Positions 38,205-47,643 of a DNA stretch of 64,000 bases are shown in pieces. The translations under genes and the position numbers were made by a program. The stretch's first letter is position 1; each line of letters begins with the position of its first letter. The notes under the pieces were generated by a model that searched no databases, was not told where the DNA came from, and was given only the letters and a program-made list of their open reading frames with translations. Source of the DNA: Spirochaetia bacterium (GTDB lineage Bacteria > Spirochaetota > Spirochaetia > CAKZLE01); assembly GCA_963677595.1 (NCBI GenBank), contig OY782041.1, positions 1,728,001-1,792,000 on the forward strand, given 5' to 3'.

Positions 38205-39395
38205 ATGAGTCTATTAGCGACAGATATCTGCGGGATCCCGCTGGAGAATCCGTTTCTCGTGGCATCAGCATCACCGTCGGCCACGATCGAGATGATCGAG
38301 CGCTCGTTCATCGCGGGTTGGGCCGGTGTGGTCACCAAGACCATAAAACCCGATTTCATGCAAATCGAGGACGCACGGCCCCGGTTCAACGTCGTGAAGG
38401 ACGGGAAACGCATCATCGGCTTCGAGAACTTCGAGCTGGTCAGCAAGAAGGACCTCTCCTACTGGCTTGACGGGATCGCCTACCTGAAGGGGAAATACCC
38501 GACCAAGGCCGTGATCGCGAGCATCATGGGTGACAGCGGCAGGGAGTCCTGGAGCGGACTGGCCAAGGCGATCGAAGCAGCAGGGGCAGATGCCGTAGAG
38601 CTCAACTTCTCCTGCCCCCACGGCATGCCCGAGATGGGCGTCGGGGCGGCAGTCGGCCAGAACCCCGAGATCATCGAGCGGATCACCTCCTGGGTCAAGG
38701 AGGCAGTCTCCATACCCGTGATCGTGAAGCTCACGCCGAACGTGACCAGTATCGAGCAGGCTGCCGAGGCAGGGATACGGGGCGGTGCTGACGGGTTCGC
38801 AGCGATCAATACCGTGGAATCCCTGTCGGGGATCGACCTCGAGACCTTCGAGCCGCTCCCGAGCGTGAACGGCATGTCCACCTACGGTGGACTGTCGGGG
38901 AAGGCGGTCAAGCCGATCGGCCTTCGGGCGGTCTCCCAGATCGCCAGGAGCCAGCGTGCCCCGATCATGGGGATCGGCGGCATCTCGAACTGGAGCGATG
39001 CCCTCGAGTACATGGCTGTCGGGGCATCCTCGGTACAGGTGTGCACCGAGGTCATGCTCAGGGGCTTCGATATCGTGGGGGAGATGATCTCCGGTACCGA
39101 AGCTTACCTGAAGCGCAAGGAGTTCACATCGGTGACCCAGGTCATAGGACAGGCGATCGGGAAACTCACCAGCCATGAGAACCTCGTGAAGAACGCCCCG
39201 CTGACGGCGGTCGTCGACACGGAAGCCTGCATCGGCTGCGGCAAATGTGTCGTTGCCTGTGAGGACGGCGGCTACCATGCTGTGGCATTAGTGAACAAGA
39301 AAGCGCAGGTAGACAGCAGCTTATGTGACGGCTGCTCCCTGTGCACCCATATCTGCCCGGTAGGGGCATTGAGACTTGAGAGGATGGAGGCTTAG
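38205..39395 (+). CDS. preA: Dihydropyrimidine dehydrogenase, PreA-like (FMN plus 2x[4Fe-4S])
   Basis: ELNFSCPHG, KLTPN, YGGLSG.AVKPI, CIGCGKC and CDGCSLC...CP. Confidence 0.9.
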   Translation: MSLLATDICGIPLENPFLVASASPSATIEMIERSFIAGWAGVVTKTIKPDFMQIEDARPRFNVVKDGKRIIGFENFELVSKKDLSYWLDGIAYLKGKYPTKAVIASIMGDSGRESWSGLAKAIEAAGADAVELNFSCPHGMPEMGVGAAVGQNPEIIERITSWVKEAVSIPVIVKLTPNVTSIEQAAEAGIRGGADGFAAINTVESLSGIDLETFEPLPSVNGMSTYGGLSGKAVKPIGLRAVSQIARSQRAPIMGIGGISNWSDALEYMAVGASSVQVCTEVMLRGFDIVGEMISGTEAYLKRKEFTSVTQVIGQAIGKLTSHENLVKNAPLTAVVDTEACIGCGKCVVACEDGGYHAVALVNKKAQVDSSLCDGCSLCTHICPVGALRLERMEA

Positions 39396-39396
39396 A

Positions 39397-40803
39397 TTGA
39401 AGACGATAATCAAGAACGGGAAGGTCATCACGGCAGGTGACAGTATATTCCAGGACATCATGATCGAGGACGGGGTGATCACGGCTCTGGGGAAGGGGTT
39501 CCCCGAAGATGGGTGTACCGTGATCGATGCGGAGGGGAAGTACATCCTTCCCGGGGGCATCGACGCCCATACGCACCTCGACATGCCCTTCGGTGGGACC
39601 GTCAGTTCAGACGATTTCTTCACCGGGCACAAGGCAGCTGCCTTCGGCGGCACGACCTGCCATATAGACTTCGCCATCCAGACGAAGGGGGAGACCCTCA
39701 CCAAGGGAGTCCAGGACTGGAAGAAGAAGGCGGAAGGCAAGGCTGCCGTCGACTACAGCTTCCATGTGGCGGTGACGGATCCCACGGAGGGGACGATCGA
39801 AGAGATCCCGAAGCTGAAAGAGGAGGGCGTGACCTCCCTGAAGGTCTTCCTGGCCTACAAGGGCGTATTCCAGGTGGATGACACGGCATTCATGTCTACC
39901 ATGACCAAGGCCGCTGAGCATGGGATGCTGACCATGGTCCATGCCGAGAACGGCGATGCCATCGCGTTAAAGACCAAAGAGCTCCTCGATGCCGGCAAGA
40001 CAGAGATGAAGTACCACTCGGTAGCCCATTCCGAGGCCATCGAGGCCGAGGCGATCAACCGGGCTGTCTCCTTCGTGGAGATCACCGGCGCCCCCCTCTA
40101 TATCGTGCATATAGCGAGCGGGAACGGCATCGAGGCCGTGAGGAAGGGACGACGGAAGGGCTTGCCCGTCATGGGAGAGACCTGCGTGCAGTACCTCTAC
40201 ATCACGGATGATGCGCTGGATCAGGAAGGGTTCGAGGGGGCGAAGTATATCTGCTCACCTCCCCCGAAGAAGGAGGCCGACAAGGCTGCTATATGGGAGG
40301 CCCTGAACGACAACACGATCCTGACCATCGCCACCGACCACTGCCCGTTCTGGTTCGACGGGACTAAGGAGGGGAGGACTCCCGGCAAGGAGCTGGGCAA
40401 GGCCTCCTGGGACAAGGTGCCCAACGGGGTCCCGGGGATCGAGGACCGGTTCCCGATGACCTGGGACGGGGCGGTGAACAGCGGGAAGCTGTCACCGAAC
40501 AGGTTCGTCGAGCTGATCTCGACCAACCCCGCGAAGATCTTCGGGATGTACCCCAAGAAAGGGACCATCGCGATCGGCTCCGATGCCGACCTGGTGGTAT
40601 TCGATCCAAACAAGGAACATACCGTCTCGGCTGAGACCCACCATATGAACGTCGACTACAACCTCTATGAGGGGATGACCGTGACCGGCTGGCCTGAGAA
40701 GGTCCTCGTCCGGGGCAGGCTCCTGGTCGATGGTGATGCCTGGCTCGGTGAGGCCGGGTACGGCGAGTTCGTCTTCAGGAACGCACCCGGCGAAGTCCTG
40801 TAG
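39397..40803 (+). CDS. hydA: Dihydropyrimidinase
   Basis: PGGIDAHTHL, HAENG, TDHCPF, PNGVPGIEDR, TNPAKIFG. Confidence 0.93.
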   Translation: MKTIIKNGKVITAGDSIFQDIMIEDGVITALGKGFPEDGCTVIDAEGKYILPGGIDAHTHLDMPFGGTVSSDDFFTGHKAAAFGGTTCHIDFAIQTKGETLTKGVQDWKKKAEGKAAVDYSFHVAVTDPTEGTIEEIPKLKEEGVTSLKVFLAYKGVFQVDDTAFMSTMTKAAEHGMLTMVHAENGDAIALKTKELLDAGKTEMKYHSVAHSEAIEAEAINRAVSFVEITGAPLYIVHIASGNGIEAVRKGRRKGLPVMGETCVQYLYITDDALDQEGFEGAKYICSPPPKKEADKAAIWEALNDNTILTIATDHCPFWFDGTKEGRTPGKELGKASWDKVPNGVPGIEDRFPMTWDGAVNSGKLSPNRFVELISTNPAKIFGMYPKKGTIAIGSDADLVVFDPNKEHTVSAETHHMNVDYNLYEGMTVTGWPEKVLVRGRLLVDGDAWLGEAGYGEFVFRNAPGEVL

Positions 40804-40817
40804 GGAAAGGAAGCAGC

Positions 40818-41927
40818 ATGATCGAGCAGAACTATATGCCGGTTATGGTCATGACCGGCAGGGATTGTGTGCGCGAAAGCGGTGATACCCTGGACTCCCT
40901 CGGGAAGAAGGCCCTCGTGGTATGCGGGTACCAGTCAGCTGACCGGAACGGGGCCATCGATGATATTACCCATGCCCTCGATGAAGCCGGTATGGGCTGC
41001 TGGATCTACCGGGGCGTATCACCGAACCCGACGGTCGAGCAGGTACGAACGATTGCCGGAGCAGCGAGGGAGCAGGGCTGCGACCTCGTCATCGCGATCG
41101 GCGGCGGGTCGGTCATCGATGCCGCGAAGGCGGCAGCGATCCTGGCAGCCCATGATTTGACCGACGATGAATTGTTCACCCGCAAGGAGTTCGATGACGC
41201 CCTCCCCATCGTCGCGATCCCTACCACGGCAGGGACCGGCAGCGAGGTGACGCAGTACGCAATCCTCACCAACGTCGCCAAGGAGACGAAATCCTTCGTG
41301 ACAAGCTATGCGATCTTCCCGCAGGTATCGTTCCTCGACGGGAAGTATATGAAAGACCTGCCTGCGGAGACGACGGTACATACGGCGATCGATGCACTGA
41401 GCCATGCCGTCGAGGGATACCTTGCGGCAAGGTCCACCGCCTATGGGCGGGTACTGGCCCTTGAGGCCATCAGGCTCCTCGCCCCTGCCCTGAAGAAGCT
41501 GCACACACCAGAGGACCTCTCCTTAGAAGACCGGGACAGCCTCCTCTATGCCTCGATGCTGGCAGGGATCGTCATATCGCAGAGCGGCACGACGGCAGTC
41601 CATGCCGCAGGCTACTCCCTGACCTACTTCAAGCATGTGGACCACGGGCGGGCCAACGGGCTGCTGATGCCCACATACCTCGAGTTCCTCTCCAAGGAGC
41701 GAACGGAAGAGGTCTCGGCCATCCTTGGAGCGATGGGATTGTCTTCTCTCCCAGAGTTCAGGAGCTTGTGCTTCTCGCTGCTGAGTGTTGAACCACTGAC
41801 GGAAGAGGAGGTCACTACCTTCTCTGAGATTGCCATACAGGCTGGGAACATACAGAACACGGTCCCGAGACCGACGATCGATATCTTACAGGACATGCTG
41901 CGTGATGCTGCAGGAAGAGGAGAATGA
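40818..41927 (+). CDS. Iron-containing alcohol dehydrogenase
   Basis: GGGSVIDAAK, PTTAGTGSE, DALSHAVE, HGRAN. Confidence 0.9.
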   Translation: MIEQNYMPVMVMTGRDCVRESGDTLDSLGKKALVVCGYQSADRNGAIDDITHALDEAGMGCWIYRGVSPNPTVEQVRTIAGAAREQGCDLVIAIGGGSVIDAAKAAAILAAHDLTDDELFTRKEFDDALPIVAIPTTAGTGSEVTQYAILTNVAKETKSFVTSYAIFPQVSFLDGKYMKDLPAETTVHTAIDALSHAVEGYLAARSTAYGRVLALEAIRLLAPALKKLHTPEDLSLEDRDSLLYASMLAGIVISQSGTTAVHAAGYSLTYFKHVDHGRANGLLMPTYLEFLSKERTEEVSAILGAMGLSSLPEFRSLCFSLLSVEPLTEEEVTTFSEIAIQAGNIQNTVPRPTIDILQDMLRDAAGRGE

Positions 41928-41931
41928 GGAA

Positions 41932-43254
41932 GTGAATACTGAAGATCTAGTGAGACTTGACAGAGACCATGTAGTGTACAGCTGGCACAGCCAGAACCAT
42001 GTGAACCCGATCATGATGGACCGGGCTGACCGGATCTATATGTGGGATACCGACGGGAAACGGTATACCGATTTCTGTTCCGGCCTCCTCAATGTGAATA
42101 TCGGTCATAACAACGAGCACGTGAAGCAGGCTATGCGGGAACAGATGGAGAAGCTCTGCTATGTGGGGACCTCCTTCGGTACCGCCCCGAAAGCCGTGCT
42201 CAGCAAGATGATCAGCGAGGTGACCCCCGGTGACCTGGACTATGTGTTCTACACGAACGGCGGGGCCGAAGCCGTTGAGAACGCGATCAAGGCTGCCAGG
42301 GCCTACACCGGCAGGCACAAGATCTACTCCCGGTGGAGGAGCTACCACGGGGCCACCGCCGGTGCGATAAGCCTCACGGGGGACCCGAGACGCTGGGCTG
42401 CTGAACCGGGCATGCCTGGCGTGGTGAAGTACTTCGGTCCCTATGGGTATAACTGTCCCTTTGGTACGGACTCAGTCGAGGAGTCAGGGCAGAAAGCCCT
42501 GGAGATGCTGCGGACCCAGATCATGATCGACGGGCCCCATACGATCGCTGCGATCTTCATGGAGCCGATCGTGGGAACGAACGGCATCATCATCCCCTCA
42601 AAGAGCTATGTGAAGGGCGTGCGTGAGATCTGTGACGAGTACGGTATCCTGCTGGTCGCCGATGAGACCATGTCAGGCTGGGGCCGCAGCGGCAAGTGGT
42701 TCTGTATGGAGCATTTCGATGTGGTCCCAGACATCATGACTACCGCGAAGGGTGTCACCTCGGGCTATGTGCCGCTAGGCTGCATGGTCTGGAGCAAGAA
42801 GATCTGGGATTTCTTCTGGGAGAGCCCCTTCATGGGCGGCCTCACCTACGGCGGGCATGCACTGGCCTGTGCGACGGGTATCGCGAACATCGAGGTCTAC
42901 AAGCAGGATAACCTCATCGAGAACTCGGAGAAGCTGGGGTACTACCTGGAGAAGAAGCTCCTTGAGCTCAAGGACCGTCACCCCTCGATCGGCGATGTCC
43001 GCTGCAAGGGATTGTGGGCATGCATCGAGCTCACGAAGGACCGGGAGACGAAGGAGCCGCTGGCAGGGTACAACAACGCGATCCGGAACGTGGCAGGCCC
43101 ACTGATGAAGATCCTCTACGGGGAAGGTCTCTACACGTTCTGCAAGTGGGACTTCATCTTCATCAGCCCACCGCTCTGCATCACGGCCGAGGAGATCGAC
43201 GAATCGATCGAGAAGCTGGAGAAGGGGCTGGAGTACACTGACTCGTTAGTGTGA
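41932..43254 (+). CDS. Class III aminotransferase (probable beta-alanine aminotransferase)
   Basis: SYHGAT, DETMSGWGRSG, PDIMTTAKG; pathway context. Confidence 0.88.
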   Translation: MNTEDLVRLDRDHVVYSWHSQNHVNPIMMDRADRIYMWDTDGKRYTDFCSGLLNVNIGHNNEHVKQAMREQMEKLCYVGTSFGTAPKAVLSKMISEVTPGDLDYVFYTNGGAEAVENAIKAARAYTGRHKIYSRWRSYHGATAGAISLTGDPRRWAAEPGMPGVVKYFGPYGYNCPFGTDSVEESGQKALEMLRTQIMIDGPHTIAAIFMEPIVGTNGIIIPSKSYVKGVREICDEYGILLVADETMSGWGRSGKWFCMEHFDVVPDIMTTAKGVTSGYVPLGCMVWSKKIWDFFWESPFMGGLTYGGHALACATGIANIEVYKQDNLIENSEKLGYYLEKKLLELKDRHPSIGDVRCKGLWACIELTKDRETKEPLAGYNNAIRNVAGPLMKILYGEGLYTFCKWDFIFISPPLCITAEEIDESIEKLEKGLEYTDSLV

Positions 43255-43297
43255 TATAAGAGGCTGGGATCGGTAGCCACTTTACAGGTGAGAGGTC

Positions 43298-43606
43298 TCA
43301 TGATACTGCGATTCCCTCTAATGCGATGATATATTCCAGTGAACCATTCAGTTGGCTTCGCGTGGTGAAATCAGGTTCGGAGAGAACAAGGATATCCATG
43401 GCCATGGAAAGATACTTCCTGGCTTCTACACGAATGTCATAGATCAGGTCAAAGGGATCCTTGGACAATGAAGGAAATACCGCACATAAGTCCAGATCGC
43501 TGTCCTTGGTGGTATTGCCGGTTGCTTGGGATCCAAACACTATGAACCGTGCTTCGGGGAAAGCCTGTTTCAACTTCTGTATCGCCTGAACGATATCTTC
43601 ATTCAT
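43298..43606 (-). CDS. Minimal nucleotidyltransferase (MNT) domain protein
   Basis: FGSQATG....DSDLDL motif. Confidence 0.85.
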   Translation of the reverse strand: MNEDIVQAIQKLKQAFPEARFIVFGSQATGNTTKDSDLDLCAVFPSLSKDPFDLIYDIRVEARKYLSMAMDILVLSEPDFTTRSQLNGSLEYIIALEGIAVS

Positions 43607-43711
43607 GATTCTTCCTTGTAGCTGAATTCTACAAGAGAATAATGGGTGATGCAATCATCAGCAGCGGCTTCTCACGTGGTTGTATATTCCAATGGGAACA
43701 CTCCTATAGGC

Positions 43712-43761
43712 TGGGTGTGAATTGTAAAATGAATTGACAATTTACACCCACGGGCTACACT
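43712..43761 (+). promoter_or_regulatory. Sigma-70 promoter overlapped by an inverted repeat; probably leaderless
   Basis: TGGGTGTGAATTGTAAA...TTGACAATTTACACCCA (15/17 arms); TTGACA-16-TACACT ending 6 nt before the ATG; no SD. Confidence 0.6.
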
Positions 43762-43767
43762 GTACCT

Positions 43768-44943
43768 ATGGTTGAACGAGAGATCAGTGCCAAAGTACTG
43801 GAATATGCCTCCTATTTCCCGGTAGTGACGATCACGGGCCCAAGGCAGTCGGGAAAGACCACCCTGGCAAAAGCCTTGTTTCCTGAGAAGCCCTATGTCT
43901 CACTCGAAGAGGTGGACCAGAGAAAGCATGCACAGTCAGACCCGCGGGGGTTCCTCTCGCAGTATCCTGATGGTGCAGTCCTCGATGAAGCTCAGCGGGT
44001 ACCGGACCTCTTCTCCTATATACAGACGATAGTGGATCAGGTTGACAGGAGAGGGCTCTTCATCATAACAGGCAGCCAGCAGTTCGGCATGCTCTCCCCT
44101 GTTTCGCAGTCATTGGCCGGGAGTACTGCCTTGGTGGAGCTGCTGCCGTTCACCATCGGGGAGGCGTATGGTGCCAAAGGCCTGCGGAACCTGGACTCCA
44201 TCAGCCTTGATGAGGTTCTCTGTACCGGTTTCCTTCCCAGAATATTCGACAGCCAGGCACCCCCGGCTGATGTGAACAGGTTCTATGTCCAGACCTACCT
44301 TGAGCGCGATGTCAGGCAGCTGCTTCAGTTCCGCGATATGTCGCGCTTCGAGGACTTCCTCTACCTGTGCGCCGGCAGGACCGGGCAGCTGGTCAATCTC
44401 TCGGCGATCAGTGATGAACTGGGGCTCAGCCACAATACCATCAAGGCATGGCTCTCGGTCCTGGAGGCATCGTATATCATCAGGATGGTATATCCCTACC
44501 ATAAGAGGATCACGAGGAGGGTGGTGAAGACCCCGAAGCTCTACTTTCTCGATATCGGGGTCGCCTGCTCCCTGCTGGGTATCAGTTCAGCGGAACACCT
44601 TGTCCGCCACCCGCTTCGCGGGGCGTTGTATGAGACCATGGTCGTCACAGAGATCCTTAAGCAGCGGTTGAATAGGGGATTGGATGACAGGATCTATTTC
44701 TATCGGGACCAGAAAGGGAATGAGGTCGACCTGGTGATCGAGGAGGGGCAGCGGCTGCACCTCATCGAGATGAAATCCTCCAGGACGATGAACAGCAGCT
44801 TCCTGAAGGGGTTCCTGCGGTTCCCGCAGGAGGGGCAGCAGGTAGCTTCAAGGAGTATCATCTATGACGGGGAACATACCGGTCCCTACCATGAGGCCCG
44901 AATCTGGAACTGGAAAGAGGCTGCTTCCCTGGATATCTACTGA
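43768..44943 (+). CDS. AAA+ ATPase, AAA_14/DUF4143 type
   Basis: GPRQSGKTT, LDEAQR, TGSQ, TYLERDV, KTPKLYFLD.G, EVDL...IEMKS. Confidence 0.9.
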   Translation: MVEREISAKVLEYASYFPVVTITGPRQSGKTTLAKALFPEKPYVSLEEVDQRKHAQSDPRGFLSQYPDGAVLDEAQRVPDLFSYIQTIVDQVDRRGLFIITGSQQFGMLSPVSQSLAGSTALVELLPFTIGEAYGAKGLRNLDSISLDEVLCTGFLPRIFDSQAPPADVNRFYVQTYLERDVRQLLQFRDMSRFEDFLYLCAGRTGQLVNLSAISDELGLSHNTIKAWLSVLEASYIIRMVYPYHKRITRRVVKTPKLYFLDIGVACSLLGISSAEHLVRHPLRGALYETMVVTEILKQRLNRGLDDRIYFYRDQKGNEVDLVIEEGQRLHLIEMKSSRTMNSSFLKGFLRFPQEGQQVASRSIIYDGEHTGPYHEARIWNWKEAASLDIY

Positions 44944-44971
44944 GGACCATGTGACCATGGGAAGGAACGAG

Positions 44972-45862
44972 TCACCCTTCCGGGAAGCCGTGGGTGAAAT
45001 CGATGAAGGTATCGATGAACTCCAGCGGTGAGTCGTCGGTATAGACGAAGCAGAGTTCCCGCAGCAGCGGGCCTGCCGAAAGCGGCCTTGATACGAGCGA
45101 GCCGAGGAGGAGTTCCTTCTCGACTGCCCGCTTGGACATGACCGATGTTCCGATCCCTGCCTCGACCAGGGACTTGATCGCGCTTAAGGATCCCACTTCC
45201 ATGATGACCGAGGACTTCGGGATGTGCAGGCCGTGGGTCCTGCAGTACTCCTCCCAGTAGTATCTCGTGCCTGAACCCTGCTCACGCAGGATGAGCCTGC
45301 TTGAGATGAGCTCTCCTTCCCCGATCGGCTTCGAGGGATCCGGGATGTAGTCCCGGTTCCCGATGAAGATCATCTCGTCAGTGAGGAAGAGCCGTGAGCG
45401 GTACTGCTCCCGGTCGAAGGGCCCCTCGATGAGGGCCAGGTCGATTTCGCCCCTCTTCAGCAGGTCAAGGATCGAGACGGTGTTCTCGATCAGGATGCTG
45501 AGTTCCAGGTTCGGGTTGCTGACCCGGAACCTCCCGAGGTAGGAGGGGAGGATGAACTCCCCGATCGTGAGTGTGGCACCTAACCGATACTCCCTCCTCC
45601 CGCTGATCATGGAACCTGCTTCCCGCCTGAAGCGGTCGTAGAGCATCCCGGAACGCGATGCAGCCTCATAGAGCAGCCTCCCGGCGTCATTGAGGACGAG
45701 ACGCCTCCCGACATGCTCGAAGAGGGGCATCCTATAGTACTCCTCGAGGGCCTTGAGGTGCTGGGAGACTGCGGGCTGCGTGATCCCGAGGGTCTCCGAT
45801 GCCTTCAAGAGGGACCCCTGGTCCACAACAGCCAGGAATGACTTGATACGGAAATCTATCAT
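44972..45862 (-). CDS. LysR-family regulator (YeiE/CysL type)
   Basis: TQPAVSQHLKALE, GATLTIGE, LREQGSGTR. Confidence 0.92.
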   Translation of the reverse strand: MIDFRIKSFLAVVDQGSLLKASETLGITQPAVSQHLKALEEYYRMPLFEHVGRRLVLNDAGRLLYEAASRSGMLYDRFRREAGSMISGRREYRLGATLTIGEFILPSYLGRFRVSNPNLELSILIENTVSILDLLKRGEIDLALIEGPFDREQYRSRLFLTDEMIFIGNRDYIPDPSKPIGEGELISSRLILREQGSGTRYYWEEYCRTHGLHIPKSSVIMEVGSLSAIKSLVEAGIGTSVMSKRAVEKELLLGSLVSRPLSAGPLLRELCFVYTDDSPLEFIDTFIDFTHGFPEG

Positions 45863-45976
45863 AAGCTCATCATAAGGTTTAGTAATACTAAAGTAAACAT
45901 AATAAAATATAAATATTACTAATGAGATGATTCTGATAGGCTTACTGAAAAGCTGCAGTATGCAGGGAGGGGAAGT

Positions 45977-46945
45977 ATGAGAGAGGTTATCCCGGGATTG
46001 GCATTGACGGTCCTGATCATGGTCGTCGCGAAGGTCGCAGCAGGGGTGATCCCGCTCGGCAGCGTCACGATCGCCATCCTGCTGGGCATCCTCATCCGGA
46101 ATGTGTTCACCCTCCCGGGATACTGCTCTCCGGGGATACGCTTCAGTGAGAAGCAGGTCCTTCCTGCCGCGATCGCCCTGCTCGGCTTCGGCCTGGACTA
46201 TCGTATCCTGCTCGAACTGGGGGCCGGGACGATCGTGATCATCCTCCTCGGGGTTCCCTTCACGATCCTGGCAGCCTTGCTGGTCGGCAGGATCCTGGGG
46301 ATGGACAGGGACTTGAGTCTCCTCCTGGGGGTGGGGAACGCAGTCTGCGGTTCCTCGGCCATAGCCGCAGCCCAGGCGGTCATACAGGCCGATGGGGAGA
46401 AGGTCGGGGTGTCGGTAGCCGCAGTCAACCTGTTCGGTACCATAGGCCTCTTCCTCCTGCCGGGGGTATGCCTGCTGCTCACGGGGTTCTCCCCCGAACA
46501 GGGGGGTATCCTGATCGGGGATACCCTGCAGTCCATCGGGCAGGTCACTGCCGCCGGCTACTCGATAGATGAGACAGTCGGCAGGGTCGCGACCGTCGTG
46601 AAGATGGGGCGGGTGCTGCTTATCACCCCGGTCGTCCTGGTCCTGGGGGCCTGGAAAGGATCAGCCCAGGGCGGGAGAGGAGTCGGTCTCCCGAAGATAC
46701 CCAGGTACCTGGTAGGTTTCATCCTCTTCTCAGGAGTCAACTCCCTCGGGATCCTGCCCGGGGAGGTCACCGCCTTCCTGCACCAGGCCAGCAAGGTCCT
46801 CCTGACGGTTGCCATGGCGGGGATCGGGATGGCCATCTCGAAGGAGATCCTGGCCCAGGGAGGGAAGAAGGTGATCCTTACCGGACTGCTGACCTGGATC
46901 TTACAGATCGCGTTCAGCCTGTTCCTGGTACACGTCCTGACCTGA
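45977..46945 (+). CDS. YeiH/PSE-family putative sulfate/sulfite exporter
   Basis: AIALLGF.L, GNAVCGSSAIAA, ATVVKMGRV; divergent LysR gene. Confidence 0.88.
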   Translation: MREVIPGLALTVLIMVVAKVAAGVIPLGSVTIAILLGILIRNVFTLPGYCSPGIRFSEKQVLPAAIALLGFGLDYRILLELGAGTIVIILLGVPFTILAALLVGRILGMDRDLSLLLGVGNAVCGSSAIAAAQAVIQADGEKVGVSVAAVNLFGTIGLFLLPGVCLLLTGFSPEQGGILIGDTLQSIGQVTAAGYSIDETVGRVATVVKMGRVLLITPVVLVLGAWKGSAQGGRGVGLPKIPRYLVGFILFSGVNSLGILPGEVTAFLHQASKVLLTVAMAGIGMAISKEILAQGGKKVILTGLLTWILQIAFSLFLVHVLT

Positions 46946-46973
46946 CCCGGCCAACCGGTGACCGGTCACGGGA

Positions 46974-47522
46974 CTACTCCCGGGAAGTGAAGATACTCTG
47001 CTTCAGGATCAACTCTATCTGGTCCATGAGGTAGGGGATATCATCCTGCATCCGTGACTCGAACCACCTGCTGATGATATGGAGGGTTGCACCGACGAAG
47101 AACTCTGCCGCATAATCGAGGGAGAGGTCACTGTCCAGCTCAAGCATGACCAGCCAGTTCAGGTACCCTTCATGCAGCAGGGAGCCGAAGGTCTTCTTGA
47201 ATGACTCGTATCCGTTCACATCGAAGATGCTCCGGTAGAACGGCTCGTTCTCCTTCAGGAGCAGCAGCATGAGCTTTCCCCCCTGCTTCCAGTTATCAGC
47301 TTGGAGATGGTTCCTCCTGACAAGGTCATAGTAGTCATCCCTGATGATGTTGTTTATGAGGGCATACTTGTCACGGTAGTGGTAGTAGAACCCCATCCTG
47401 CTGATGCCTACCCGTTCGCATACGGTACTCACCTTCAGGTTAGTGAACCCCTCGTGGATGACGATGTCCCGGGCAGTGCTCATGATCGATCGTGTCGTCT
47501 GTTCGGCCCTGTATGAAGCCAT
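46974..47522 (-). CDS. TetR/AcrR-family regulator
   Basis: VSTVCERVGISRMGFYYHYRDKYAL. Confidence 0.88.
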   Translation of the reverse strand: MASYRAEQTTRSIMSTARDIVIHEGFTNLKVSTVCERVGISRMGFYYHYRDKYALINNIIRDDYYDLVRRNHLQADNWKQGGKLMLLLLKENEPFYRSIFDVNGYESFKKTFGSLLHEGYLNWLVMLELDSDLSLDYAAEFFVGATLHIISRWFESRMQDDIPYLMDQIELILKQSIFTSRE

Positions 47523-47643
47523 AGTTTACAATCTACCTTCTTTGTAAGAAAACTATACATTATAAGTATATTGTAAATAGCTCGTCCTCACAACAGAAAT
47601 TACACTGATACAAACACATACACACAAGACCAAGGAGGCAGGT

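Noticed and set aside
43607-43710. HEPN toxin remnant upstream of the MNT gene
   Set aside because: A short frame ends in an ATGA overlap with the MNT start, but similarity is too weak to call by eye.
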